In this document: positions 19,163-26,117 of the stretch, piece after piece
How the letters are laid out: each line of letters opens with the position of its first letter
How positions within the stretch are numbered: the first letter of the stretch is position 1
NCBI RefSeq assembly: GCF_030817195.1
Contig: NZ_JAUSYZ010000001.1
Location: 974,007 to 1,006,006, forward strand
Length of the DNA stretch: 32,000 nt
From: Arthrobacter globiformis
Lineage (GTDB): Bacteria; Actinomycetota; Actinomycetes; Actinomycetales; Micrococcaceae
Reading direction: 5' to 3'
Notes under the pieces: generated by a model
The model's input: the letters and a program-made list of their open reading frames with translations, nothing else
Databases searched by the model: none
What the model was told of the DNA's origin: nothing
Made by a program: the position numbers and the translations under genes

Positions 19163-19414
19163 ACGCGTCCTCACGTTTGGTCGCTTCATTCCAGACGCTT
19201 CCTCACTTTTGGTCGCCTCATCCCGAACGCTTCCTCACGTTTGGTCGCTTCATCCCAGACGCGTCCTCACGTTTGGTCGCTTCATCCCGAACGCGTCCTC
19301 ACTCTTTGAGGAAGCGTTTGGCGTGGGGCGACGGGATCTGAGGAAGCGTCCGGCGTGGGGAGGCAGGACCTGAGGAAGGGTTGGTGGAATCGGTGCGAAA
19401 CGTGAGGAAGCGTC
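19163..19414. repeat. Mirrored tandem-repeat array with a 32-bp period: 4.5 direct units followed by 3.5 inverted units
   Basis: Units start at 19163, 19195, 19227, 19259 and 19291 with the core ACGC[GT]TCCTCA. The inverted core TGAGGAAG[CG]GT occurs at 19307, 19339, 19371 and 19403. The symmetry centre is near 19304. The array fills the gap between the ppc stop and the ABC ATPase stop. Confidence 0.9.
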
Positions 19415-20171
19415 AACTGCCGTAGTGGACCACGATGGTCCGGCGGGGCGTGCTGCTGGGGAAGCCGTCGCCGTCGTCGGAGTAGGCCACGGTGCTCACG
19501 CGCACACCGTAGAGGGCTGACAGCTGGGCGTCGGTCAGGAGCTCCGCTGCCGCGCCGGTCCGCACCCCAGCGTGGCCCAGCAGGACCACGCGGTCGGCCA
19601 GGTGCAGGGCGTGGTCGGGATGGTGGGTGCTGAGGAGCAGGGCCATTCCGTCCGCCATCAGTTCACGCAGCAGCGTCAGGACGCGGGCCTGGTTCTTGAG
19701 GTCGAGGCCGGTGGCGGGCTCGTCCAGCACCAGGACGGGCGAGCCGGCGGCAATGGCCCGGGCGATCAGGATCAGCTGCTGCTCGCCGCCGCTGAGGGTG
19801 GGGAAACGCCGGTCCCGCAGCCCGGCCGCGCCCACCCGTTCCATCGCCTCCAGAGCTGCCTCATGGTCGGAGGGCCCGGGTGTCCGGAACACTCCAACGT
19901 GCCGGGCGCGCCCCATCAGGACCATGTCCAGCGCCCGGTAGGCAAAGGCGCTCCCATGCGCCTGCGGAACGTACCCGGCGCTCTCGCTGAGCCGGACCGT
20001 TCCCTCCTGCGGGTCCAGCAGTCCCGCGGCGCAGCGCACCAGCGTGGTCTTGCCGCTGCCGTTCGGGCCCAGCACGGCGGTGGCGGTTCCCGGCGGCACG
20101 CGGAAGCTGACGCCGCGGAACACCCAGTCCCGGGGCGAATAACAGAAGCCCACGCCGTCGAGTTCAAGCAC
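19413..20171 (-). CDS. ABC transporter ATP-binding protein, FecE/BtuD type
   Basis: Walker A GPNGSGKT, signature LSGGEQQLILIARAI, Walker B VLVLDEPATGLD. The GTG start overlaps the permease 3' end by 8 nt. Confidence 0.85.
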   Translation of the reverse strand: MLELDGVGFCYSPRDWVFRGVSFRVPPGTATAVLGPNGSGKTTLVRCAAGLLDPQEGTVRLSESAGYVPQAHGSAFAYRALDMVLMGRARHVGVFRTPGPSDHEAALEAMERVGAAGLRDRRFPTLSGGEQQLILIARAIAAGSPVLVLDEPATGLDLKNQARVLTLLRELMADGMALLLSTHHPDHALHLADRVVLLGHAGVRTGAAAELLTDAQLSALYGVRVSTVAYSDDGDGFPSSTPRRTIVVHYGS

Positions 20172-21300
20172 TGTCCCAGACCTTCTCGCGGTTCCGGCGC
20201 AGGAGCAGGAAAAACACGGGTGCGCCGATCAGGGCCGTCAGGACGCCGAGCGGGATCTCTCCGGCGGTTGCTGTGCGGGCGATGGTGTCCACCAGGACGA
20301 TGTAGGCGCCGCCCAGCAGGAACGACACGGGCAGGAGGACACGGTGGTCCGGGCCCACCCACATCCGGGCAAGGTGGGGGATCACCAGGCCAACCCAGCT
20401 GACGGCGCCGCTGACGGCCACAGCGCCGGCCACGATCAGCGCCACGGACACCAGCACCACCCACCGGAGCGGGCGCGCGCGCACACCCAGAGCCGCCGCG
20501 TCCTCGTCTCCGAGTGACAGCACGTTGATCCGCCAGCGCAGGGCAACGAGGACGGCGGCTCCACCGAGGACGGGGATGAGGGCCACCGCGACTTTGGTGA
20601 AGGTGGCCGTGGACACGCTGCCGAGCAGCCAGAAGACGATGGCGGGCAACGTGGTGTTGGGGTCCGCAATGTAAGTCACCAGGGCAACCAGGGCGGAGAA
20701 GAAGGACCCCGTGACCACGCCGCCGAGCACGATCATGAGCATCGGCGTCCCCGCCCGGCCCGAGGTGATCAGGAACAGGGTTCCGAGGGCCAGCAGCCCG
20801 CACGCAAAGGAGCCGCCCACCAGGAGGAACGGACCCAGGCCGAGCAGCAGCGCCACGGCACCGCCGAAGGATGCGCCGGCGGAGACACCGATGATCTCGG
20901 GGCTGACCAGGGGGTTGCGGAAAATGGCCTGCAGCGCTGCGCCGCCGATGGCCAGGCCGCCGCCCACCAGCAAAGCGAGCAGCACCCGGGGCAGCCGGAC
21001 CAGCAGCACCACATTTAATTCGGTGCCGCTGGCCTGAACCGGGATCGGCCCGATTTGTGCGGTCAGGATCTGGACCACGTGGTCCAGCGGCACGCTGTAG
21101 CGCCCCACCGCCAGTGCCAGCACCGTCACCGCGGCCAGGAAGCAGGCACTAAGGGCAACGGGAACGACGACGGCGGGTTCCCGCCGTCGTGCCGTCGCCT
21201 TTCGTTCCACCGCCCCGGCCGGGGCGGAAGCCGGACCCGCCCGGGGCAGTGCCGGCCGCACCCGCCTTCGCAACCGTGGAGCGCCGGCCTCATCAAGCAT
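20164..21300 (-). CDS. FecCD/BtuC-family ABC permease (metal-chelate type)
   Basis: Polytopic, 378 aa. It carries the family C-terminal signature GEIPLGVLTALIGAPVFFLLLRR. The Arg/Pro-rich N-terminal 50 aa may be an over-extension. Confidence 0.8.
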   Translation of the reverse strand: MLDEAGAPRLRRRVRPALPRAGPASAPAGAVERKATARRREPAVVVPVALSACFLAAVTVLALAVGRYSVPLDHVVQILTAQIGPIPVQASGTELNVVLLVRLPRVLLALLVGGGLAIGGAALQAIFRNPLVSPEIIGVSAGASFGGAVALLLGLGPFLLVGGSFACGLLALGTLFLITSGRAGTPMLMIVLGGVVTGSFFSALVALVTYIADPNTTLPAIVFWLLGSVSTATFTKVAVALIPVLGGAAVLVALRWRINVLSLGDEDAAALGVRARPLRWVVLVSVALIVAGAVAVSGAVSWVGLVIPHLARMWVGPDHRVLLPVSFLLGGAYIVLVDTIARTATAGEIPLGVLTALIGAPVFFLLLRRNREKVWDSA

Positions 21301-22426
21301 TGAACTGACGGTAGTTGGCGGACGGCCCGTTCTCCGCGGTCCGGAGAATCTTGTCTAGTTCAGCCTTCGTGAGCTCGTGGTTGTACAGGAACCTGAAGTA
21401 TTCGGACGCCTTGTCCCGCACCGCCGACCTCTGCTGCGGGAAGGCGATGTCGCCCAGCCAGTGCCACATCAGCGGCGACTCCTGCCCGGGCGGATCCCAG
21501 CGGTAGCCGCCCAGCGGGACCTTGTAGACACGCTTCGAGCGGACCGCGGACACGTTTTGCCACACCGGGTCCGAGTAGATGTCCTGCGGCATGGCGGCGT
21601 CGAAGTTGCCCAGCAGGATGACCTCAGGATCCCAGCGCAGCACCTGCTCAATGTCCACGCCCACCATGCCGGAGCCGGTCAGCGGATCCTTGCCTGTTGG
21701 AGGGTTCGAACCTCCCACCAGCTTGATGTAGAAGTCGTTGTAGCTGTTGGCGCCGGCAACCTTGAGCCCGCCGGTGAAGCGGTTGAAGTACAGGATGCTC
21801 GGACCCTGGGCCGCCCGCCCGGATGCCAGTGTCTTGACCTCGGCGAGCTCCCGGTCGCTGCGCGTCTTTAGCTCGGTGGCACGTTCCGGCTTGCCGAGCA
21901 TGGCGGCAAACATGGCCACCCAGGCGTCCACGTCCTCCTGTGTGCCGGAGTTTTTCAGCCCCAGAACCTGAAGCCCGGCCTTCTCGAGGGGCTCGATGAG
22001 CTGCGCGTCCGACCATTGGACCACCACGTCCGGGTTGAGGGCCCGGATACTCTCAACGTTGGCGGTGAAGTCCTGGGTGGCGATGTCGTGCGGGAGGTCC
22101 AGGGCGGCGGGAAACATGGCGCCCATGATGCCGTCGCGCATGGCCGCCCAGGAGGCGTTGTGCATGGCGGTGAGATGGTCGGCGCTGCGGTCGACGGCCA
22201 CCAGCAGGGACGCCGACGGCATCGGGATCGTCACCACCCGCGCCACCGGCCGGGCAAAGGACAGGGTCCTGCCGCGCTGGTCCGTGAGGCTGATGCTGTT
22301 GGTGCTGCCCGCAGGGGACGACGGCGGGGCGCTGCCGGATGCGCCGCATCCGGCCAGCACGGCGGCGGAGCCGCCTGCAATGAACACCTGTAGGGCGGCG
22401 CGGCGGTTTAGGTCTGCAGCTGTCAT
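21293..22426 (-). CDS. Metal-chelate-type substrate-binding lipoprotein (FecB/BtuF/CeuE class) with a Tat-like signal
   Basis: The N-terminus has NRRAALQVF followed by the lipobox LAGC. Class III binding-protein blocks are present (RVVTIPM, LNPDVVVQW, WDPEVILLGNF). Confidence 0.8.
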   Translation of the reverse strand: MTAADLNRRAALQVFIAGGSAAVLAGCGASGSAPPSSPAGSTNSISLTDQRGRTLSFARPVARVVTIPMPSASLLVAVDRSADHLTAMHNASWAAMRDGIMGAMFPAALDLPHDIATQDFTANVESIRALNPDVVVQWSDAQLIEPLEKAGLQVLGLKNSGTQEDVDAWVAMFAAMLGKPERATELKTRSDRELAEVKTLASGRAAQGPSILYFNRFTGGLKVAGANSYNDFYIKLVGGSNPPTGKDPLTGSGMVGVDIEQVLRWDPEVILLGNFDAAMPQDIYSDPVWQNVSAVRSKRVYKVPLGGYRWDPPGQESPLMWHWLGDIAFPQQRSAVRDKASEYFRFLYNHELTKAELDKILRTAENGPSANYRQFNA

Positions 22427-22575
22427 CGTTGACTCCCTGCGCGTGGGTCTTCACAGCATCCGCTTCAAGGACAGGGCTGTCAACGCCTTCTCGGGTGTCC
22501 CGCGAAGGGCCGTCCCTTGTCCGCGCCATGGGCCGGTGCTACTTTCAGAAGACGCTCGCAGAAGGTGGCCACGGG

Positions 22576-23349
22576 ATGGTTATCGATGGTGCCCAGTTGT
22601 TTGTCCGCTATGCCTATCCGCCCAATTCACGCGGGAGTTGCGGGCCGCCGGACAGTGACGCCCTGCTGCACTACGGGCAGTCCGGCGTCACGGACCAGGG
22701 ACTCCGTGAACTGGCCAAGGGCTTCGCCGGCGCCTGGCCCTACCTCGAACTGATCGCGGGATCGCACCGCATTGCCGATCCGCTGGACGCCCGCGTGGTG
22801 GAGGCCTACTGGGTGGGCAACAGCCTTCTGGATACCGTCGGCATCACCAACATCGGCAATTCCATGGAGGACCGCTTCCGGGCCCGCACCGGGCGGCAGT
22901 TCCCGCATCTGGTGGAAGGCGTGCTGGCCGGCGGGGTCCCGCACCACAGTTTCCACGTGTTTGAGATCTACCCGTGGCTGGGCCTGCTCCGCGACGAACG
23001 CCGGCACGCCACCGCGCTGAACGTGCTGGACAGGTGCCGGATCCGCTGGGGACAGGTGCTCGCGATCACCGGGGACGACGCCGTCGTGCGGTCCCGGCCG
23101 CTGGTCTGGGACGGCACAGCCCTCGACATCGGCGAACCCGCGGTGGAGTCGGCCAAGTTCGCGGTGAACGGAACCGGCTTCGTGGAAGGGCTGGCCGTGG
23201 GCGACGTCGTGTCACTGCACTGGGACTGGGTGTGTGACCGCCTCTCGGCGCACCAGCTCCAGCAGCTGAAGCACTTTACTGCCCGGCATCTCCGCATCGC
23301 CAACAGCGGCGTCGAGCACCGCGGCGCCGCCATAGCGCTCGAACATTAG
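22576..23349 (+). CDS. Conserved hypothetical protein; the C-terminal 75 aa or so may be HypC/HupF-like
   Basis: The track ORF 22429..23349 is trimmed to the ATG at 22576, which follows GAAGGTGG. The product is 257 aa with YAYPPNSRGSCGP near the N-terminus. See the findings for the C-terminal similarity. Confidence 0.6.
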   Translation: MVIDGAQLFVRYAYPPNSRGSCGPPDSDALLHYGQSGVTDQGLRELAKGFAGAWPYLELIAGSHRIADPLDARVVEAYWVGNSLLDTVGITNIGNSMEDRFRARTGRQFPHLVEGVLAGGVPHHSFHVFEIYPWLGLLRDERRHATALNVLDRCRIRWGQVLAITGDDAVVRSRPLVWDGTALDIGEPAVESAKFAVNGTGFVEGLAVGDVVSLHWDWVCDRLSAHQLQQLKHFTARHLRIANSGVEHRGAAIALEH

Positions 23350-23374
23350 CCCCGAGCACCAGCCCCGCGACTGC

Positions 23375-23725
23375 CTACGGTGACTGCGGCGCCGCGCCGT
23401 CGGGGTGTTCGGGGGTCTTGACGGCGGTGGCATCGCGGGCCGACGACTCGCCGGCCGGCCGGCCGGCAGGTGATTCATCGGTGCCCGTGTGCTCGCGTCC
23501 CGGTTCGGTGCCCTCCTCCTTGATGACGTCCTCGCCCCTGCGGGTGGTGCTGACGCCGACGCCGGCGGGAGCCGGGGCCGCGTCCTCCGGGGTTTCGTCT
23601 GCTCCGGGCTGGGCGGGTTCCTTCAGCGGCGGTTCACTGCCGAAGGCCCGCGCCGTGCCTGGTGCGGTGCCCTGCGTGGCGCCCTTTTCCGTGTCGTCGG
23701 GATCAGGCTGGTTTGTGGGTGACAT
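23375..23725 (-). CDS. Small acidic Pro/Gly/Glu/Thr-rich, probably disordered protein; last gene of the hydrogenase operon
   Basis: 116 aa. A strong SD (AAGGAGGG) lies 5 nt upstream of the ATG, embedded in the hypC 3' end with a 23-nt overlap. Third-position GC is high in this frame. Confidence 0.55.
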   Translation of the reverse strand: MSPTNQPDPDDTEKGATQGTAPGTARAFGSEPPLKEPAQPGADETPEDAAPAPAGVGVSTTRRGEDVIKEEGTEPGREHTGTDESPAGRPAGESSARDATAVKTPEHPDGAAPQSP

Positions 23726-24008
23726 GCTGCCCTCCTTGTGGTGGTTGTGCAGGTTGGGATCCGGGTCCGCTGTCCGCCGGGCGGCCCATCAGTTCCAGTC
23801 CATCCATGGCCTGTGCTGCGCCCGCGGCGTCCACGCGTTCCAGCGCGAAGCCCATGTGGATAAGGACCCATGTCCCGGGTTCGAGAGGGCCCTCATCCAG
23901 CAGCCCGATGTTAATCTTCCGCTGCACTCCGGCCACGTCGACGAGCGCGAGCTGGCCGCCGTAGCCCTCGAGGAGTTCGACGACCCTGCCGGGTATTCCG
24001 AGGCACAT
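23703..24008 (-). CDS. hypC: Hydrogenase assembly chaperone HypC/HybG/HupF family, with a C-terminal extension of about 25 aa
   Basis: The N-terminus is MCLGIPGRVV and the family motif GTWVLIHMGFAL is present. AAGGCGG lies upstream of the ATG. Confidence 0.9.
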   Translation of the reverse strand: MCLGIPGRVVELLEGYGGQLALVDVAGVQRKINIGLLDEGPLEPGTWVLIHMGFALERVDAAGAAQAMDGLELMGRPADSGPGSQPAQPPQGGQHVTHKPA

Positions 24009-24022
24009 GTACGGACACCGCC

Positions 24023-24604
24023 TTAGCTTGCAGTGGAGGAGCTTGGAGTGGAGGTCTGCTGGCCGAGCAGGGACCCGACGGCGGCGGCCGCCTCGGGCAC
24101 CGCCGCGGCCACCGCCGGCGAGAGACCGATGCCCTCGGACAGGTCGGCGGGGACACAGCCCACCACATACGTGGCAGGCAGGCTGCCGCCCATGGACCGA
24201 AGCCTGCCCAGCACGGCCGCCGGGTCCATGCCGTGGGGATCGAGCACGGCCCTGCCGTCCAGGTCCGCCGCGCTGACCTGCAGCACGCGGATGCTGCCGG
24301 GGGCCGAGTTCGCGTCCGGGGGCACCGTGTCCACGAGGACCAGGATGTCGACGCCGGCGAGCAGGTCGTAGGCCAGATGCATGCCGCGGATGCCGTAGTC
24401 CACCACTCGGACGCCGGGGTCCAGCGGCTGCGGGTGGGCGGCGAGGTGCCGCGCCACCTCGGGACCGAAGCCGTCGTCGTGCAGGAACATGTTCCCGACG
24501 CCGGCCACGAGGACGCCGCCGGTGCGCTCGCCGGACTCATGCGCGCCGGAACCCTGCGCGGCAAACTTCTGCGGGGCGCTCCCGGCCCTGCTGGCGGCGG
24601 TCAC
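24023..24604 (-). CDS. [NiFe]-hydrogenase maturation endopeptidase (HyaD/HybD/HoxM family)
   Basis: Diagnostic blocks: VAGVGNMFLHDDGFG, LVLVDTV and DPHGM. The track ORF runs to 24793. I place the start at the GTG at 24604 because it overlaps (GTGA) the stop of the micro-ORF and avoids overlapping the upstream gene. The start remains uncertain. Confidence 0.8.
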   Translation of the reverse strand: MTAASRAGSAPQKFAAQGSGAHESGERTGGVLVAGVGNMFLHDDGFGPEVARHLAAHPQPLDPGVRVVDYGIRGMHLAYDLLAGVDILVLVDTVPPDANSAPGSIRVLQVSAADLDGRAVLDPHGMDPAAVLGRLRSMGGSLPATYVVGCVPADLSEGIGLSPAVAAAVPEAAAAVGSLLGQQTSTPSSSTAS

Positions 24605-24720
24605 ATCCGCCGCACTTTCATGTACCGCCGGATATCCGGAACTGCGCGGATCCCGGCGTAGATGCCCCAGAGGGCCATCGCCGCCAGCACCGAAACAGTG
24701 GCCATTCCTATTGCCTTCAT
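24601..24720 (-). CDS. 39-aa single-pass membrane micro-protein, not in the supplied ORF track
   Basis: Hand translation gives MKAIGMATVSVLAAMALWGIYAGIRAVPDIRRYMKVRRM. The ATG overlaps the TGA of the 466-aa gene (ATGA) and the TGA overlaps the protease GTG (GTGA). A purine-rich GGAGGGAAAGGAAAA lies upstream. Confidence 0.65.
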   Translation of the reverse strand: MKAIGMATVSVLAAMALWGIYAGIRAVPDIRRYMKVRRM

Positions 24721-26117
24721 TGCGGGTTTTCCTTTCCCTCCAGCGGTTCGAGCTCGTCGGGCGCGTAGTAGAAGGACCGGCCGTAGCCCTCATGGAGATC
24801 GGCCGCCGGATCCTGCTCCAGGACGAGCCCGACGTGGGTGCCGCCGTCGACGTCGAAATGTACGCTGGTGACCCGCCCGGTCTGTCCGCCGAAGAACAGG
24901 TCCTGGGCGTCGGCGCGCCGTTTCGGGTGCACCCTCACCCGGCTGCCGCGCGCCACTGCCACACCATTGATCACGACGGCGTCCTCGTCCGGCCGGACAC
25001 CGGCCTCCGCCTCAGGATTCCACCAGGGAACGTCCTGACCGGCTGTGCTCCATGCTTCGGCGGGATCCGCGGCGAACGCGTGCGGGTTCCGCAGAGCGCC
25101 GTGCAGCTGCTGGAGGTCCTCCGGCGACATCGCCTCGCAACGGTCGATGACGGCGGCGGCGCGCGGGTCCGTGGCCCGCGCCTCGGCCTTTTCCTCATCG
25201 GTCAGCGTGAGCACCCGCAGTGTCAGGATCTCGTCGATCTCGGTGGAGTCGTACAGCGCCACCGAACTTTCCGGGGCGACGGCGGGATGGTCGTACAGGA
25301 TGATGGGCGAGATCAGCAGCACGTCGGTCTGGCCTTCCGGACCCGCCAGCACGGGCCAGCAGCGGTGCTGGGAACACCGCCCGGCTGCGGGCTGTGCCCA
25401 CTCCGGCGGGTCCAGCAGCGAGACGAAGTCGCCGTCCCGCACGCCGAGCAACACGTGTGCGCCAATGAAGGAGACCGCGGTGGCGTCCTGCCGGTTCCCG
25501 GCAGGCAGCGGACGCGCCGGCAGCGGACGGGCAGGCAGGAAATCGGCCGTGTTGGCCGCGGTGACGCTGAGCCGCAGCAGCCCGCCGGAGTCTTCGGCGG
25601 CGCTGAGCCGCAGTTCGCCGCGGAGAGCCCGACGGCGGCGCACCAGTCTGCCGGCCGGCCTCCCGGCGTCGTTCTTCAGTTCCTCCACGTCGAGTCCCTC
25701 CGGGACCTCCACCGGCAGGACCAGTCCGGTCCGGAGCTGGGCCACGGAGAAGGGCCCGAACGCCGCTTCCTGTTCGACGGCCTCGTCCCAGCTCAGCCAG
25801 TTCGCACCGCCGACGGCGAGGCTGTCCACGGGAGTGAACCCGCCGCCGTCGTCCGCTTTTTCTGCCGTGCGCGCCTGCAGCTGCAGAAAGCGGAAGTGGA
25901 TTTCGAGCCCGGCCTGGGCTCCCGGGGCAAGCAGGCAGTCGGCGGACATGGACGGCTCCTCCCCGCTGCCGTCCGCGGCGGCCCCCTGCGGACCCAGGAT
26001 CCCGAACTGCCACCGGGCCTGGTTCTTCTGGGCCGAGGCGCGGTAGGGGTAGAGCAGGTAGCCCTCGTAGAGGACGGCGTCGGCGACGGCGCGGGCAAGG
26101 GCCAGGCTGGTGTTCAT
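24717..26117 (-). CDS. Conserved hypothetical protein of the hydrogenase operon, 466 aa
   Basis: The track ORF 24717..26249 is trimmed to the ATG at 26117, which overlaps the upstream stop (ATGA). The N-terminus reads MNTSLALARAVADAVLYEGYLLYPYR. I recognise no motif. Confidence 0.7.
   Translation of the reverse strand: MNTSLALARAVADAVLYEGYLLYPYRASAQKNQARWQFGILGPQGAAADGSGEEPSMSADCLLAPGAQAGLEIHFRFLQLQARTAEKADDGGGFTPVDSLAVGGANWLSWDEAVEQEAAFGPFSVAQLRTGLVLPVEVPEGLDVEELKNDAGRPAGRLVRRRRALRGELRLSAAEDSGGLLRLSVTAANTADFLPARPLPARPLPAGNRQDATAVSFIGAHVLLGVRDGDFVSLLDPPEWAQPAAGRCSQHRCWPVLAGPEGQTDVLLISPIILYDHPAVAPESSVALYDSTEIDEILTLRVLTLTDEEKAEARATDPRAAAVIDRCEAMSPEDLQQLHGALRNPHAFAADPAEAWSTAGQDVPWWNPEAEAGVRPDEDAVVINGVAVARGSRVRVHPKRRADAQDLFFGGQTGRVTSVHFDVDGGTHVGLVLEQDPAADLHEGYGRSFYYAPDELEPLEGKENPQ

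Noticed and set aside
19163-19414. Possible CRISPR array, given the regular 32-bp periodicity
   Set aside because: There are no unique spacers, because the whole 32-bp unit repeats. The array reverses orientation halfway through. The units are too short, and no cas genes are present in the window.
21699-21716. tRNA T-arm-like GGAGGGTTCGAACCTCCC
   Set aside because: It lies inside the binding-protein CDS (encoding GGSNPP), and no acceptor or anticodon arms can be built around it. It is just a GGTTCGAACC palindrome.
22427-22575. Cobalamin or other metabolite riboswitch upstream of the BtuF/FecB-class gene
   Set aside because: I could not find a B12 box (GCCACTG-like) or the conserved GGGAA...GGTG core. 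Only 149 nt are shared with a divergent gene, which leaves little room for an aptamer plus promoters. A covariance-model scan (Rfam RF00174) would settle it.
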